Below, in pieces: positions 36,800-47,001 of a stretch of DNA of 64,000 nt. The notes beneath the pieces are model-generated. The model did not search any database. It saw only the letters and a program-made list of their open reading frames with translations, and was not told the origin of the DNA. The DNA is from Erysipelotrichaceae bacterium (GTDB taxonomy: Bacteria > Bacillota_I > Bacilli_A > RFN20 > CAG-826): the NCBI GenBank assembly GCA_034932745.1, contig JAYFOJ010000001.1:596-64595 (forward strand). Reading direction: 5' to 3'. Position 1 is the first letter of the stretch; each line of letters starts with the position of its first letter. The position numbers were made by a program, and so were the translations under genes.

Positions 36800-37921
36800 T
36801 TAAAACGTTCTTACTGGAGTGACAACTTGAATCACCGAGTCATCCAAATCGTTGCGAACGATAAAAGGCTTCATTTCGCCTACAAATGCAATTGTCACAT
36901 CTGTACATCCTAGGGCTCTAATGGCCGAAAGAACGAATTCGTTATTAAATCCAACTTCTAAATTGTTGCCTTCAAATTTAAAGACGCTAATTTTTTCTGA
37001 AGCTGATCCGATTTGTGAAGATTTCGAGGAAATTTCAACATTGTTTCTGCTCATCGAAAGGTTAACCACGTTCTCTCTTTCAATAGAAAGAAGCGAGGCG
37101 CGTTCAATCGCTCTAATCATGTCATTGGCGTTCACTTGTAAAGTGTAATTCAAAATCTTTGGAACGATATTTTTCGTATTAGGATATTCACCACTTAATA
37201 ATCTAGTAGCAATTGTCGTGGTTCCAAAATAAAACAAAGCTTTTTTATCGCTAACAGCGAGGTTAATTTTGTCGCAGCCTTCGGAAAGGTGAACAACTTC
37301 CACCATCATCTTGGCAGGGATGTTCGTGATAAAACTTACATTAGAATCGATAGCGATAGTTTTTCTTGCCATTCTTGCGGAGTCCGTTGCGGTTGCAACA
37401 AGTTTTCCGCCACCGGCTTCTAAATTAATAGCAGTCAGGATTGGTCTTTGTTCTTTTTGCGAAGCAGCAAAGGCCGTTTGATTAATAAGCATTGCAAAGT
37501 CAGCATTCATAAAAGTTAGCACAGATCCAGAATTACGTAAATCGACCTCTGGATATTCTTCTGCCCTTATACAATTGAGCTTAAACTCAGATCGGTTATC
37601 AGAGATGATAGCAATTGTTGAATCCACAACATCAATAGTAATTTCAGAAGAATCAATTCTTCTTGCAATTTCAGTAATGATTTTCGCATTTATGAGTGTG
37701 GCGCCTTCTTTATAATTGCGGATGATTTCTTTGCCGTCCCTACTATAAGGAAGCATTGTTTGTATCGTTAGGTCATTATTACTACCAGTGATAAACAATC
37801 CCGATTCATTAAGATCTAATTTTAGATTATTTAAAACAGGTATTGCGGATTTAGCTGCTACAGCTCTAGAGGCGATGCTTAGTCCTTTTAGAAATTCGTC
37901 TCTTACGATGGTCAATTTCAT
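36800..37921 (-). CDS. dnaN: DNA polymerase III beta sliding clamp
   Basis: IPVLNN, RPILTAI, ATDSARMA, TRLLSGEYP, VGFN, PVRT; downstream of dnaA. Confidence 0.96.
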   Translation of the reverse strand: MKLTIVRDEFLKGLSIASRAVAAKSAIPVLNNLKLDLNESGLFITGSNNDLTIQTMLPYSRDGKEIIRNYKEGATLINAKIITEIARRIDSSEITIDVVDSTIAIISDNRSEFKLNCIRAEEYPEVDLRNSGSVLTFMNADFAMLINQTAFAASQKEQRPILTAINLEAGGGKLVATATDSARMARKTIAIDSNVSFITNIPAKMMVEVVHLSEGCDKINLAVSDKKALFYFGTTTIATRLLSGEYPNTKNIVPKILNYTLQVNANDMIRAIERASLLSIERENVVNLSMSRNNVEISSKSSQIGSASEKISVFKFEGNNLEVGFNNEFVLSAIRALGCTDVTIAFVGEMKPFIVRNDLDDSVIQVVTPVRTF

Positions 37922-37934
37922 TTAAATAATTCCT

Positions 37935-37983
37935 TTCTTATTAGTCTTATATTAGTAATAGTTTCGGTGGATTCTGTGGATAA
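37935..37983 (-). other. oriC unwinding sub-region (incC-like): tandem DnaA boxes, DnaA-trios and AT-rich DUE
   Basis: Minus strand TTATCCACA-GAATCCACC-GAAA-CTA-TTA-CTA-ATA-TAAG..., the same layout as the B. subtilis box6/box7 plus trio region. Confidence 0.85.
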
Positions 37984-38060
37984 GTCTGCATATCGACTTT
38001 TTGTTCTTTGTTTAATTCTATCATAGTGCAACGAGCAATTGTATGCTTTATTTATAATAA

Positions 38061-39422
38061 CTATTCCTTTTTAATTCTGTTTTTTAACTCTTTTATCGCT
38101 TCTTGCATACCGGTATCACTTTTCAACATTCTTTCCACATTAGATACACCAGACATAACTGTAGTGTGATCCTTACCGCCGAAAGCTAAACCGATTTTTT
38201 TAAGAGGAGTATCTAAGGTTATCCTAATTAGATACATAGCGACATGTCTAGCTAGGACTATTTGTTTATTGTGTGAATTGCCTGTCACGACAGAAGGGGT
38301 CATATTGTAATAATCTGCGACTAAACCGATAATCTTTTGTTCTGTGATTTCATCTTCGATATATTTACCGCCAACCATTGTTGAGACGGCCTCTACCGCC
38401 ATTTCAATCGTTACATGATTTGTCTGTTTTAGTATTGAATAATAAACTAGTTTATTAAGTGCACCTTCTAGCTCTCTAACGTTCTTCGAGAATTTATCCG
38501 ATAAGAGATATAAAACAGCGTCATCGAACTCGAGCTGTCCTAAGTTGTTGGCGATAATCTTTTTCTTGAGAATAGCAACACAGGTATCTCGATCTGGCTC
38601 ATTGATTCTAACGGTTAAACCAGAAGCGAAACGAGTCACTAATCTTTGCTCTATGTCTTGAAGTTCGTTTGGTTGGCGGTCCGAAGTGATGACGATTTGT
38701 TTACCGCTCTTAACCAAGTCGTTAAAAACATAATAAAATAGTTCCTGTGTTTTCTTTTTGTCGGTGAGGAATTGCACATCGTCGATTAAAAAAGCATCGA
38801 CATTTCGACAGCAATCTCTCAGTAAAGAAGTATCTTTACCGCCAGTTAAACTCTTAACATACTCGTTGAAAAAATCATCAGAAGTTATGCAAAGAACCTT
38901 AGCAGTTGGCTTATTTTCCTTAATATAATTACCGATTGCGTGTAATAAGTGAGTTTTACCCAATCCAGAATCGGAGTAGATAAACAATGGGTTAAAAATC
39001 TTGGCGGGATTAGAGGCGATCATTAAAGCAGCTTGAGAGGCATCCCGATTCGAAGTCCCAACGACAAAATTATCAAATTTAAGATTCGGATTTACAAAAG
39101 ATTCCTTAAAACATTCATCTTGTTTTTGAATAATGGGTGCTTTTGCGTTCTTTTTAGCTTCGTCCGGTTCGAGGAAAATCAATTTAAAATTAGATTCGGT
39201 TACTTCGAGGACTATTTCAGAAAGTAAGTCGATATACTTTGTAGAAATTAATCTCGATGCGAGAGCGGAATTTACCACTACTGTAATAGTGTCTCCTTGA
39301 ATCTCATAAATATAAGAACCATCAAAAAAACTATCGAAAATATTACGGTCATCAAGCCTCTTCTCTAGTTTAGAGAGTACGCGTTCCCAAAGTTGAGTTG
39401 TTTCCGAAATTGAATTAAACAT
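38061..39422 (-). CDS. dnaA: Chromosomal replication initiator DnaA
   Basis: FDNFVVG.SN, NPLFIY...GLGKTHLLHAIGN, IDDVQFL, RL.TRF..G, NVRELEGAL, FGGKDHTTV. Confidence 0.98.
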   Translation of the reverse strand: MFNSISETTQLWERVLSKLEKRLDDRNIFDSFFDGSYIYEIQGDTITVVVNSALASRLISTKYIDLLSEIVLEVTESNFKLIFLEPDEAKKNAKAPIIQKQDECFKESFVNPNLKFDNFVVGTSNRDASQAALMIASNPAKIFNPLFIYSDSGLGKTHLLHAIGNYIKENKPTAKVLCITSDDFFNEYVKSLTGGKDTSLLRDCCRNVDAFLIDDVQFLTDKKKTQELFYYVFNDLVKSGKQIVITSDRQPNELQDIEQRLVTRFASGLTVRINEPDRDTCVAILKKKIIANNLGQLEFDDAVLYLLSDKFSKNVRELEGALNKLVYYSILKQTNHVTIEMAVEAVSTMVGGKYIEDEITEQKIIGLVADYYNMTPSVVTGNSHNKQIVLARHVAMYLIRITLDTPLKKIGLAFGGKDHTTVMSGVSNVERMLKSDTGMQEAIKELKNRIKKE

Positions 39423-39456
39423 ATTTTTATCCTGAATGATTGATTAAATTATAGAA

Positions 39457-39739
39457 ATTTCCACACAAAGAGTAAACGAATTTTTGCCCGTTTTTGAGTT
39501 TTCCACAAAAGTTGGTTTAAAAACGCTTGAATAAATGCGCTTTTCACATTATCCACAACTTTTTTGTGTGGAAAAGTGTGTGGGAAACTTTAAAACACCG
39601 CAATTTGTGGAAAGAAAAAAATAATATAAGTAACGTTTTTTCAATTTTTATATAAATATAACCATATGTATTACAGTTGCCGTTTTTCGATATGTGGGAA
39701 AAGAAAAAATGGTCGGAAACGATTTCCACATTATCCACA
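39457..39739. other. oriC DnaA-box cluster between dnaA and rpmH
   Basis: Perfect TTATCCACA at 39549-57 and 39731-39; near matches at 39457, 39499, 39540, 39567, 39579, 39606, 39693, 39722; one box lies in the spacer of the dnaA promoter (TTTACT-17-TATAAT). Confidence 0.92.
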
Positions 39740-39779
39740 AAGTCGGTAGAAAATCACTTTTTCGCTATTTTAGATTTGT

Positions 39780-39809
39780 TTGACAACCACGCCCACATGC
39801 ACATATAAT
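39780..39809 (+). promoter_or_regulatory. sigmaA promoter of the rpmH operon
   Basis: TTGACA-18 bp-TATAAT. Confidence 0.8.
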
Positions 39810-39849
39810 TTCATACGCGTACATATTTGTTGTACCGAAAGGAATCGTT

Positions 39850-39984
39850 ATGAAACGTACATATCAACCATCAAAAATCAAACATGCCCACAAAGCAGGC
39901 TTCAGAGCCAAAATGGCTAATCACAATGGCCGCAAGGTTCTTGCTAGACGTAGAGCTAAAGGCAGAGCGAAAGTCGCTGCTTAG
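39850..39984 (+). CDS. rpmH: 50S ribosomal protein L34
   Basis: Below the ORF-track cutoff. Manual translation [44 protein letters not shown]. Confidence 0.97.
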   Translation: MKRTYQPSKIKHAHKAGFRAKMANHNGRKVLARRRAKGRAKVAA

Positions 39985-40001
39985 TTTTTAAGGAGTTTCT
40001 G

Positions 40002-40346
40002 GTGAAGAAAACTAACCGCGTAACAGCGAACCAAGATTTTGCTAAAATTGTCAAAACAGGCTTAACCAGAAAAAACGAATCTTTTATCGTTCATGAACTA
40101 CCAAACTCTTTAGGCAAAACAAGAATCGGAATTTCTGTTTCTTCCAAACTTGGATGTGCAGTTATCCGTAATCGTATTAAAAGACAGGTCCGTGCGATTT
40201 GCGACGATTTAATCGATTTTAATCTTTTGTCATTAGATGTGGTAGTTGTCGTCAAACATCAATATCTTTCAAACGATTTCGGGAGAAATAAAGAGCTCCT
40301 AAAATCTTTGCTAATTGTGGAGAGGAGACCTCAAAATGAAAAATAA
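40002..40346 (+). CDS. rnpA: Ribonuclease P protein component
   Basis: RIGISVSSKLG.AVIRNRIKRQVR (RNR motif); GTG start with SD AAGGAG. Confidence 0.96.
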   Translation: MKKTNRVTANQDFAKIVKTGLTRKNESFIVHELPNSLGKTRIGISVSSKLGCAVIRNRIKRQVRAICDDLIDFNLLSLDVVVVVKHQYLSNDFGRNKELLKSLLIVERRPQNEK

Positions 40347-42006
40347 GAAAAAAGTCTTCCTTGGGATCGCCGGATTAGGGTTATTAGCTGTTGGACTCAG
40401 TAGCTGCACCAATACTTTTTGTTCGAACACGGACAAAGCAAGAATGATGTATGCTTTTGATGTTTATACAATTAAAGATTACACAGCATCTCAAGACTCA
40501 GATCCATTATCTGGACAATTCTCTTATGGTATTTCGACTTACTACGACCGATTAGATACGAATAAGCCAGATACCGCGGAAGATTTGCCTGGCTATGCCA
40601 ATATTTCTGTAAAATACGATATAAAGTCAAACTTAGCCTTGTCTGCTATTAACACACAAGCCGCTTCAAATAATATACGTGTAAATGATTACACTAATTT
40701 TTGGGCGCACATGGACAACTCGTTCTTAAAAATGTCGATTGAAGCTTCTGGTAGAACGCTACCTTCTGGAAGTGAAAGTGACATCACTGTTACTGAATTG
40801 AACCATATTCTCATCGGAGAGGTCGACACGAAGACTCCTGGTTATGGATATATAAAGTATGTCGGTAACGAAAATGATACATATTGGGAAAACTGGAATA
40901 ATGTTTTCACGCTTACAAAAATTGATTTAGGAGCAGACGCAGCACCGGATTCTGATTTTGTTAATCAATATCAAACCTCGATGAAAGGTTATGTTGCTAA
41001 CTTCAACTCTTGTATTGCCACCACTGATGGTTTCTATGGTTATTATGGTTATGATAATAACGATAAAACCCCAGTTTATGTTGGTGCTAAAGATTGGAAC
41101 TATGCTTGGAGCAGAGGCTTTTTGGAAGGATTAATTATTTATCCAATTGGCTGGTTAATCGACAACATCACCTCGAACTTCCTAGGGGGCGGTATCGCTG
41201 GTGGTTGGGCTCAAGCTTTAGCTATTTTATTAGTTACTATTCTCATCCGCGCAATTATGTTGGTGTTAACTTTAAATCAAACTTTAAGTAACGCGAAAAT
41301 GAGCGAAGTACAACCTGAAGTTGCAAAAATTCAGGCCAAATATCCTAACGCGAACACAAATCGTAATGAGCAACAGGCGCTAGCGCAAGAAACACAGGCT
41401 CTTTACAAAAAGAACAAGATACATCCTTTCTTATCAATTCTTGTTCTATTAATTCAATTCCCAGTGTTTATTTGTGTCTGGGGTGCAATGACTGGCTCAG
41501 CGGTTCTTTCTAGTAATACGCTTTTAGGACTTCGTTTGAGCGACTCTGTTAGTACTGTTATTTTCTCTGGTGCTAATGGATGGATTACAGCAGTAGTGAT
41601 GTTCCTTATCATGACTGTTTTACAAGTCGTTTCGATGTTATTACCACAATGGATCAATAAGCATAAAGCCAAAAGCGTTGCTAAAACTGGTAAAAATCCA
41701 AATGCTAAGAGTCAAAACGATAAGATGAAATGGTTCACCATTATCATGTTGGTTTTCATTATCTTCATGGGATTCTCACTTGCGTCTGGCATGGTCATTT
41801 ACTGGATCGCTGGTTCTATTTGGGCTATTGCACAAACCTTGATTATTGAACTAATCACTCTTTTGAGAAAGAATCATAAAAAGAATAAGGGTAAAAAGGT
41901 GCCGGTAACGGTCGATGGCAAAGCAGTCGAAGCCGAGATTATTCCTGAACATATCGCCGCTCCAACTGGTAAAAAGAAATTTAAAGATAAAAAGGACGGT
42001 AAATAA
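40336..42006 (+). CDS. yidC: Membrane protein insertase YidC with a lipoprotein signal and a large extracytoplasmic domain
   Basis: Start MKNKKK at 40336; lipobox LSSC; core TILIR, QPE..KIQ.KY, LYKK..I.P, IQFPVF, SGMVIYW. Confidence 0.93.
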   Translation: MKNKKKVFLGIAGLGLLAVGLSSCTNTFCSNTDKARMMYAFDVYTIKDYTASQDSDPLSGQFSYGISTYYDRLDTNKPDTAEDLPGYANISVKYDIKSNLALSAINTQAASNNIRVNDYTNFWAHMDNSFLKMSIEASGRTLPSGSESDITVTELNHILIGEVDTKTPGYGYIKYVGNENDTYWENWNNVFTLTKIDLGADAAPDSDFVNQYQTSMKGYVANFNSCIATTDGFYGYYGYDNNDKTPVYVGAKDWNYAWSRGFLEGLIIYPIGWLIDNITSNFLGGGIAGGWAQALAILLVTILIRAIMLVLTLNQTLSNAKMSEVQPEVAKIQAKYPNANTNRNEQQALAQETQALYKKNKIHPFLSILVLLIQFPVFICVWGAMTGSAVLSSNTLLGLRLSDSVSTVIFSGANGWITAVVMFLIMTVLQVVSMLLPQWINKHKAKSVAKTGKNPNAKSQNDKMKWFTIIMLVFIIFMGFSLASGMVIYWIAGSIWAIAQTLIIELITLLRKNHKKNKGKKVPVTVDGKAVEAEIIPEHIAAPTGKKKFKDKKDGK

Positions 42007-42007
42007 A

Positions 42008-42619
42008 ATGAAAGAATTTGTAGGAAAAACTATCGAAGAAGCAATTGATAAAGCGATTGCTGAAACCGGTATCAAGAAAGAAGAATTAATCTACACTATC
42101 GAAGAAGAAAAACGTGGAATTTTCTCAAAAAAATCTGTAATTAATGTTTACGATTTATCAGATGTTGTCGAAAGTGCAGAAAATTACATCTTGAGCGTTA
42201 TTGATTCGTTAGGAATCGAAAGCACTGCAAGCACAAAATTAGACACCGATATTATTAGGATTACGATTGATTCAACACATAATCCAATTCTTATTGGTAA
42301 AAATGGTAAAACTCTTCAAGCAATCAATGAATTAGTGAAACTAGCCGTGAACAATAAGTTCCGCCGCCGTTTCAGAATCTTGGTCGATATCAACGGATAT
42401 AAAGACACAAAATACGATAAACTCGAGTGGCGTGCTCGTAAAATTGCTCGCGAAGTTCAAAATACACACATCACTGCAACATTAGATCCAATGCCTGCCG
42501 ACGAAAGAAGAATCGTTCACAATGCCCTCAACGGCATGCCGAATATTAAAACCGAATCAAAAGGTGAAGGAACTCATCGCCAAGTGCAAATTATCTTTAT
42601 TGAAGGAGATAAAAAATAA
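42008..42619 (+). CDS. jag: Jag/EloR (KhpB) RNA-binding protein
   Basis: GKTIEEAI (Jag_N), LIGKNGKTLQAI (KH), ERRIVH (R3H); start at the ATG at 42008. Confidence 0.94.
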   Translation: MKEFVGKTIEEAIDKAIAETGIKKEELIYTIEEEKRGIFSKKSVINVYDLSDVVESAENYILSVIDSLGIESTASTKLDTDIIRITIDSTHNPILIGKNGKTLQAINELVKLAVNNKFRRRFRILVDINGYKDTKYDKLEWRARKIAREVQNTHITATLDPMPADERRIVHNALNGMPNIKTESKGEGTHRQVQIIFIEGDKK

Positions 42620-42641
42620 AAGCGCCCACAAGGGCGTTTTT
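42619..42641 (+). terminator. Possible terminator after jag
   Basis: AAAGCGCCC-ACAA-GGGCGTTTT. Confidence 0.65.
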
Positions 42642-42659
42642 ATGTATTAGAATAGTTAT

Positions 42660-43985
42660 ATGTTTGAAACGATAGTAGCACTTGCTACGCCACCGATGAA
42701 ATCAGCTTTGGCCGTCATTCGCTTGAGCGGTGATGATTCTTTTGAAGTTGTCTCTAAGTGTTTTTCTAAAGATTTAAGAGATATTAAAGAAAGAACAGCT
42801 TTGGTTGGAAACGTAATCGACGGAAAGAATATTGTCGATGAAGTAGTTTTAATTGCGTATGTTGCTCCTAAAAGTTTTACTGGTGAAAATGCGGTCGAAA
42901 TCATCTGCCACGGGTCGATGCTCATCGCAAGTGAGATTATTACTCTTCTCATTAAAAATGGTGCCAAAGAGGCTAGAAGAGGCGAGTTCTCTGAAAGAGC
43001 CTTCCTCCACCACAAAATCGATTTAATACAAGCCGAATCCATAAATGATCTAATTAATGCTCAAACTCACGAAGCAAAGTCTCTATCGCTTTTTGCGTTA
43101 GATGGAATTACATCTAAACTAATCACTCCGATCAAAACACAATTAGCAGATCTTATTTCATTAATCGAGGTCAATATCGATTACCCTGAATACACAGATA
43201 TTGAAGTGGCCAATAAAGAGAAAATTGTTAAAGAAATAGATAAGATTTTGCCAGTTGTCGACTCCTTAATTGAAGGTGGCGAAAAAGGAAAAATTATCAC
43301 TAATGGTTTAAAAGTGGCAATTGTTGGTAAACCTAATGTCGGCAAATCTTCTTTACTCAATTCTTTATTACACGAAGAAAAAGCAATCGTAACGGATATA
43401 GCGGGCACCACAAGAGATATCGTCGAAGGAGACATCAATCTAGATGGCTTATCAATTCATTTGATGGATACTGCTGGAATTAGAGATTCTAACGACAAGA
43501 TTGAAGCAATTGGTATCGATAAATCAAGGAAAAGCATTGAAAACGCTGATTTAGTTATCGTTTTATTGGACGCAGCGACTTTTGATGATGAAGACAACAA
43601 AATAATCGAATACACCAATGACAAGAAAAGAATTATTGTTTATAACAAATCAGATTTGATGGTTTCTAAACGTAACAACCAAATTTATGTGTCTGCACTT
43701 AAAGATGACACTGATGCTCTTAAGAAAGAGATTCTCAAAATGGCCGGCTTAACCAAAGAAGACTTTAAGAATCCAGCATTGACGAACGCTAGACAGGTAG
43801 GACTAATAAAACAAGTCAAGGAACTACTAGTAAAAGCAAAAGAAGATGCTCATAACGATTTAACGGTCGATTTGATATCTGTTTCATTACTAGCGGCCTA
43901 TCACGATATTTTAGAAATAATAGGAGAAAATAACGACGTCGATATTTCCCGTGAAATATTCGCGCGTTTTTGTGTAGGAAAATGA
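42660..43985 (+). CDS. mnmE: tRNA modification GTPase MnmE
   Basis: TIVALATP, SFTGE, GKPNVGKSS, GTTRD, DTAGIR, NKSD, FCVGK. Confidence 0.98.
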   Translation: MFETIVALATPPMKSALAVIRLSGDDSFEVVSKCFSKDLRDIKERTALVGNVIDGKNIVDEVVLIAYVAPKSFTGENAVEIICHGSMLIASEIITLLIKNGAKEARRGEFSERAFLHHKIDLIQAESINDLINAQTHEAKSLSLFALDGITSKLITPIKTQLADLISLIEVNIDYPEYTDIEVANKEKIVKEIDKILPVVDSLIEGGEKGKIITNGLKVAIVGKPNVGKSSLLNSLLHEEKAIVTDIAGTTRDIVEGDINLDGLSIHLMDTAGIRDSNDKIEAIGIDKSRKSIENADLVIVLLDAATFDDEDNKIIEYTNDKKRIIVYNKSDLMVSKRNNQIYVSALKDDTDALKKEILKMAGLTKEDFKNPALTNARQVGLIKQVKELLVKAKEDAHNDLTVDLISVSLLAAYHDILEIIGENNDVDISREIFARFCVGK

Positions 43986-44749
43986 AAATATTCGACACCC
44001 ACTGTCACTTTAATCACGACGATTTTTACCTTAACACTGATCAATATCTAAAAGAAGCCAAAGAGAATAACGTGTCGAGGTTTTTGGTCGTTGGATATGA
44101 TAAAGAGTCTTCGCTTAGAGCGGTAAAATTAGCAGAACAGCACGAAGAAATGTACGCCGCTGTTGGTTTCCATCCAACGGAAATAGATATCGCCGAAGAA
44201 GACTTTCAAATCGTCATGAATCTTTTAAATCATCCAAAAGTTGTCGCAATTGGAGAAATCGGACTAGATTATCACTGGGTAAAAGATTTGAGTCAAAGAG
44301 AGAAACAAAAGAAGTATTTTATTAGACAAATTGAAATCGCTAATAGATTTAATAAGCCGATTGTCGTTCACAATCGGGACGCTATGCAAGATTGTTTTGA
44401 TATTCTAAAAGAACACCGCGTTAACAAAGGCGGTATCATGCATTGCTATTCTGGCAGTGTCGAAATGGCCATCGAGTTAATAAAGTTAGATTTCATGATT
44501 GGCCTAGGTGGACCGGTGACATTTTTAAATGCAAAAACACCAAAAGAAGTAGCGAAAATAATACCGCTCCAATCGCTTGTTTTAGAAACAGACGCGCCAT
44601 ATCTAGCCCCACACCCATATCGTGGACAAACAAATAGACCGATGTATATTACTTTAGTTTTAGAGGAGATTAGCAAAATTAGGAATATGACTAGTACTGA
44701 ACTAGCTAAAATTACTTATGAAAACGCTTGTAGAATGTTCCACGTGTAA
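43982..44749 (+). CDS. tatD: TatD family DNase (YabD)
   Basis: DTHCH, GFHP, GEIGLDY, HNRDA, HCYSG, ETDAPYL. Confidence 0.95.
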   Translation: MKIFDTHCHFNHDDFYLNTDQYLKEAKENNVSRFLVVGYDKESSLRAVKLAEQHEEMYAAVGFHPTEIDIAEEDFQIVMNLLNHPKVVAIGEIGLDYHWVKDLSQREKQKKYFIRQIEIANRFNKPIVVHNRDAMQDCFDILKEHRVNKGGIMHCYSGSVEMAIELIKLDFMIGLGGPVTFLNAKTPKEVAKIIPLQSLVLETDAPYLAPHPYRGQTNRPMYITLVLEEISKIRNMTSTELAKITYENACRMFHV

Positions 44750-45281
44750 AATATTAAAACCACACATCGATGGTTTTTTAATCGTTGAAGGATATTCAGA
44801 TTCAGCATTTTTGTCATCTTTTCTAAATTGCGAAATAGTTCAAGTTGGAGGGTATGCGTTATCACGTGGAATAATCGATTACTTAGTGGCGCTTTCAAAA
44901 ACCTCTACCCCTATTATCTTTACTGACCCAGATCAAGCAGGAGAGACGATAAGGAATCGCCTCTTAAAGATTTTGCCTGACGCCAAAGTACCGGTTGTGT
45001 TACATAAAAATAATCCAAATAAAAAGAACGGAATTGCCGAATGTTCAAAAGAAGAAATTCTAAACGCTCTTTCTTTATATATAATAAAGGAGAGTAAAAG
45101 AACAAAGCCAATTACATATAACGAATTAATGTCTTTGAATTTAGTTGGCTCAAACTCAAAAGAAAACCGTGATAAAATCATTAAATTGTTTGCGTTAGGG
45201 GATTGTAATGGTAAAACGTTATTAAAGCGAATTAACGCCCTTAATATATCGTTCGATCAATTAAAAAAGAGTTGTAAATAA
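44718..45281 (+). CDS. rnmV: Ribonuclease M5 (Toprim), start uncertain
   Basis: IVEG..D, FTDPDQAGE.IR, NGKTLLKRIN; tatD-rnmV-rsmA synteny. Confidence 0.85.
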   Translation: MKTLVECSTCKILKPHIDGFLIVEGYSDSAFLSSFLNCEIVQVGGYALSRGIIDYLVALSKTSTPIIFTDPDQAGETIRNRLLKILPDAKVPVVLHKNNPNKKNGIAECSKEEILNALSLYIIKESKRTKPITYNELMSLNLVGSNSKENRDKIIKLFALGDCNGKTLLKRINALNISFDQLKKSCK

Positions 45282-45282
45282 A

Positions 45283-46116
45283 ATGGAAATCAACAAAAAC
45301 ACAATATTTGATATCGTAAAGAAATGTTCATTAAAGCCTAATAAAAGTTTAGGGCAGAATTTTTTAATTGACCCATCGGTTTCTTCAAGAATCGTAGATT
45401 CGCTAAACATTACTGAAGATGAAAAAATTCTTGAAATCGGTCCAGGATTAGGAACTCTCACTCATTTTCTAGCTCTTAGGACAAACCCAATCGAGTTAGT
45501 TGAATTAGATAAAACTATGGTCGATTTTCTCGAAGTTGTTTATAAAGATTTTAAGAACATTAAAATAATTAACAAAGATATTCTTCGCGTCGATGTCTCA
45601 TCATACGACAAGATTGTCGGCAACTTACCGTACTATATTACCACCGATATTATTGTTTATATTTTGCTCAACGCTGCTAGATGTCGAAAACTTGTCTTTA
45701 TGATTCAAAAAGAAGCTTTTCCTCGTTTCTCTGCTAAAGTGAACGAAGATGGTTATGGACCAGCAGCCATTTTGGTTTCTTTATTAGGAGAAATAAGAAA
45801 AGTGGTCAATGTAGGCGCTAATTCTTTCTATCCTAATCCACATATCGATTCAATTGTCTTCGAAATCGAATTTGATATAAGCAAGAAGACAAAGGCTAAT
45901 TATGATATTTATCGTCTCGCAAAAGCATTGTTTGCAAATAGGAGGAAAACAATACTCAACAACCTATCTTCGCTTGTCGGAAGCAAAGACAAGGCGTTGA
46001 AAATGTTAAATCAACTAAATATTAAAGAAACATTACGACCTGAAAATTTGTCAAAACAAGATTACGCAAACCTATATTTATTAATTAATAGTTGCAGTGG
46101 AACAAACAAAGAATAG
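45283..46116 (+). CDS. rsmA: 16S rRNA m6,2A dimethyltransferase KsgA
   Basis: KSLGQNFLID, LEIGPGLG, VGNLPYYIT, MIQKE, F.NRRKT. Confidence 0.97.
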   Translation: MEINKNTIFDIVKKCSLKPNKSLGQNFLIDPSVSSRIVDSLNITEDEKILEIGPGLGTLTHFLALRTNPIELVELDKTMVDFLEVVYKDFKNIKIINKDILRVDVSSYDKIVGNLPYYITTDIIVYILLNAARCRKLVFMIQKEAFPRFSAKVNEDGYGPAAILVSLLGEIRKVVNVGANSFYPNPHIDSIVFEIEFDISKKTKANYDIYRLAKALFANRRKTILNNLSSLVGSKDKALKMLNQLNIKETLRPENLSKQDYANLYLLINSCSGTNKE

Positions 46117-46143
46117 AATATTGTAGATTAAAAGGGTGTATAT

Positions 46144-47001
46144 ATGATTATAAAGAGTTACGCAAAAATTAACATTGCTCTAAATGTCATTGGGAAAAAA
46201 GACGAAAAAATGCACGAAATAGACATGGTCATGCTTCCTCTTGAATTGCATGATTCTCTTGAGATATCTGAACTAAAAACAAACAAAGACAACTTTGTTA
46301 CCTTTGCCGATTATTCTCTCGGCGGATTCGACTATAATTTAGCGACAATCGCAATTGAAAAATTGCTCGCATATACTAAGAAAAATAATAAGTTTCGCAT
46401 TGTAATAAATAAGAATATTCCAATTTCCGCTGGACTAGGTGGCGGATCATCTAATGCCGCCGCTGCAATGCTTGGTGTCATCGATATGCTAAAATTAAAG
46501 ATAAGCGAAGCAGAACTTAATAAGTTAGCCTTCGAGGTTGGCTCTGATGTTCCGTTCTTCTTAAAGAATGTCCCTGCCCGTGTTAGAGGCATTGGGGAAA
46601 TAGTTGAACCAATCGAAGTAAAAAATAACTATTATGTTCTTATCGTTAAACCATCAACTGGACTTTCAACAGAAAAAGTTTATGTAAAATCAGACGAATA
46701 CAAACTAGATGTCACCGATATCGATCAAGTTGTCGACGCTCTTAAAAAAGGTGATGATGAGAAGTTAGTTAAGTATATGGCTAATTCCTTAGAAAAACCC
46801 GCAATCGATCTTTTACCGGAAATTCAAACAGTTAAAGACAGGCTAAGAAAAATCGGTTGTAAGATGGTACTTATGTCAGGTTCCGGGTCTTCTGTTTTTG
46901 CAATTAGCCAAGACAAAAAAATCCTGCAAAAAGCCTGCCAAATGTTCGAAAACGATTATGAAGTAGAATTAACAAAGGTCTTGAAAGGGGAGAACAAATG
47001 A
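46144..47001 (+). CDS. ispE: 4-(cytidine 5'-diphospho)-2-C-methyl-D-erythritol kinase
   Basis: AKINIAL, KNIPISAGLGGGSSNAA, GSDVPFF, MSGSGS. Confidence 0.93.
   Translation: MIIKSYAKINIALNVIGKKDEKMHEIDMVMLPLELHDSLEISELKTNKDNFVTFADYSLGGFDYNLATIAIEKLLAYTKKNNKFRIVINKNIPISAGLGGGSSNAAAAMLGVIDMLKLKISEAELNKLAFEVGSDVPFFLKNVPARVRGIGEIVEPIEVKNNYYVLIVKPSTGLSTEKVYVKSDEYKLDVTDIDQVVDALKKGDDEKLVKYMANSLEKPAIDLLPEIQTVKDRLRKIGCKMVLMSGSGSSVFAISQDKKILQKACQMFENDYEVELTKVLKGENK

Noticed and set aside
39544-39738. 64-aa ORF in the dnaA-rpmH gap
   Set aside because: It runs through the DnaA-box cluster; low-complexity translation and no SD.
39457-39739. Repeated TGTGG/CCACA units as a possible CRISPR or iteron array
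   Set aside because: They are 9-mers in both orientations with irregular spacing and match DnaA boxes; no cas or rep gene is present.
44718-44760. CxxC (ECSTC) at the RnmV N-terminus as a metal site
   Set aside because: It lies within the 32-nt overlap with tatD and the true start is uncertain; likely incidental.
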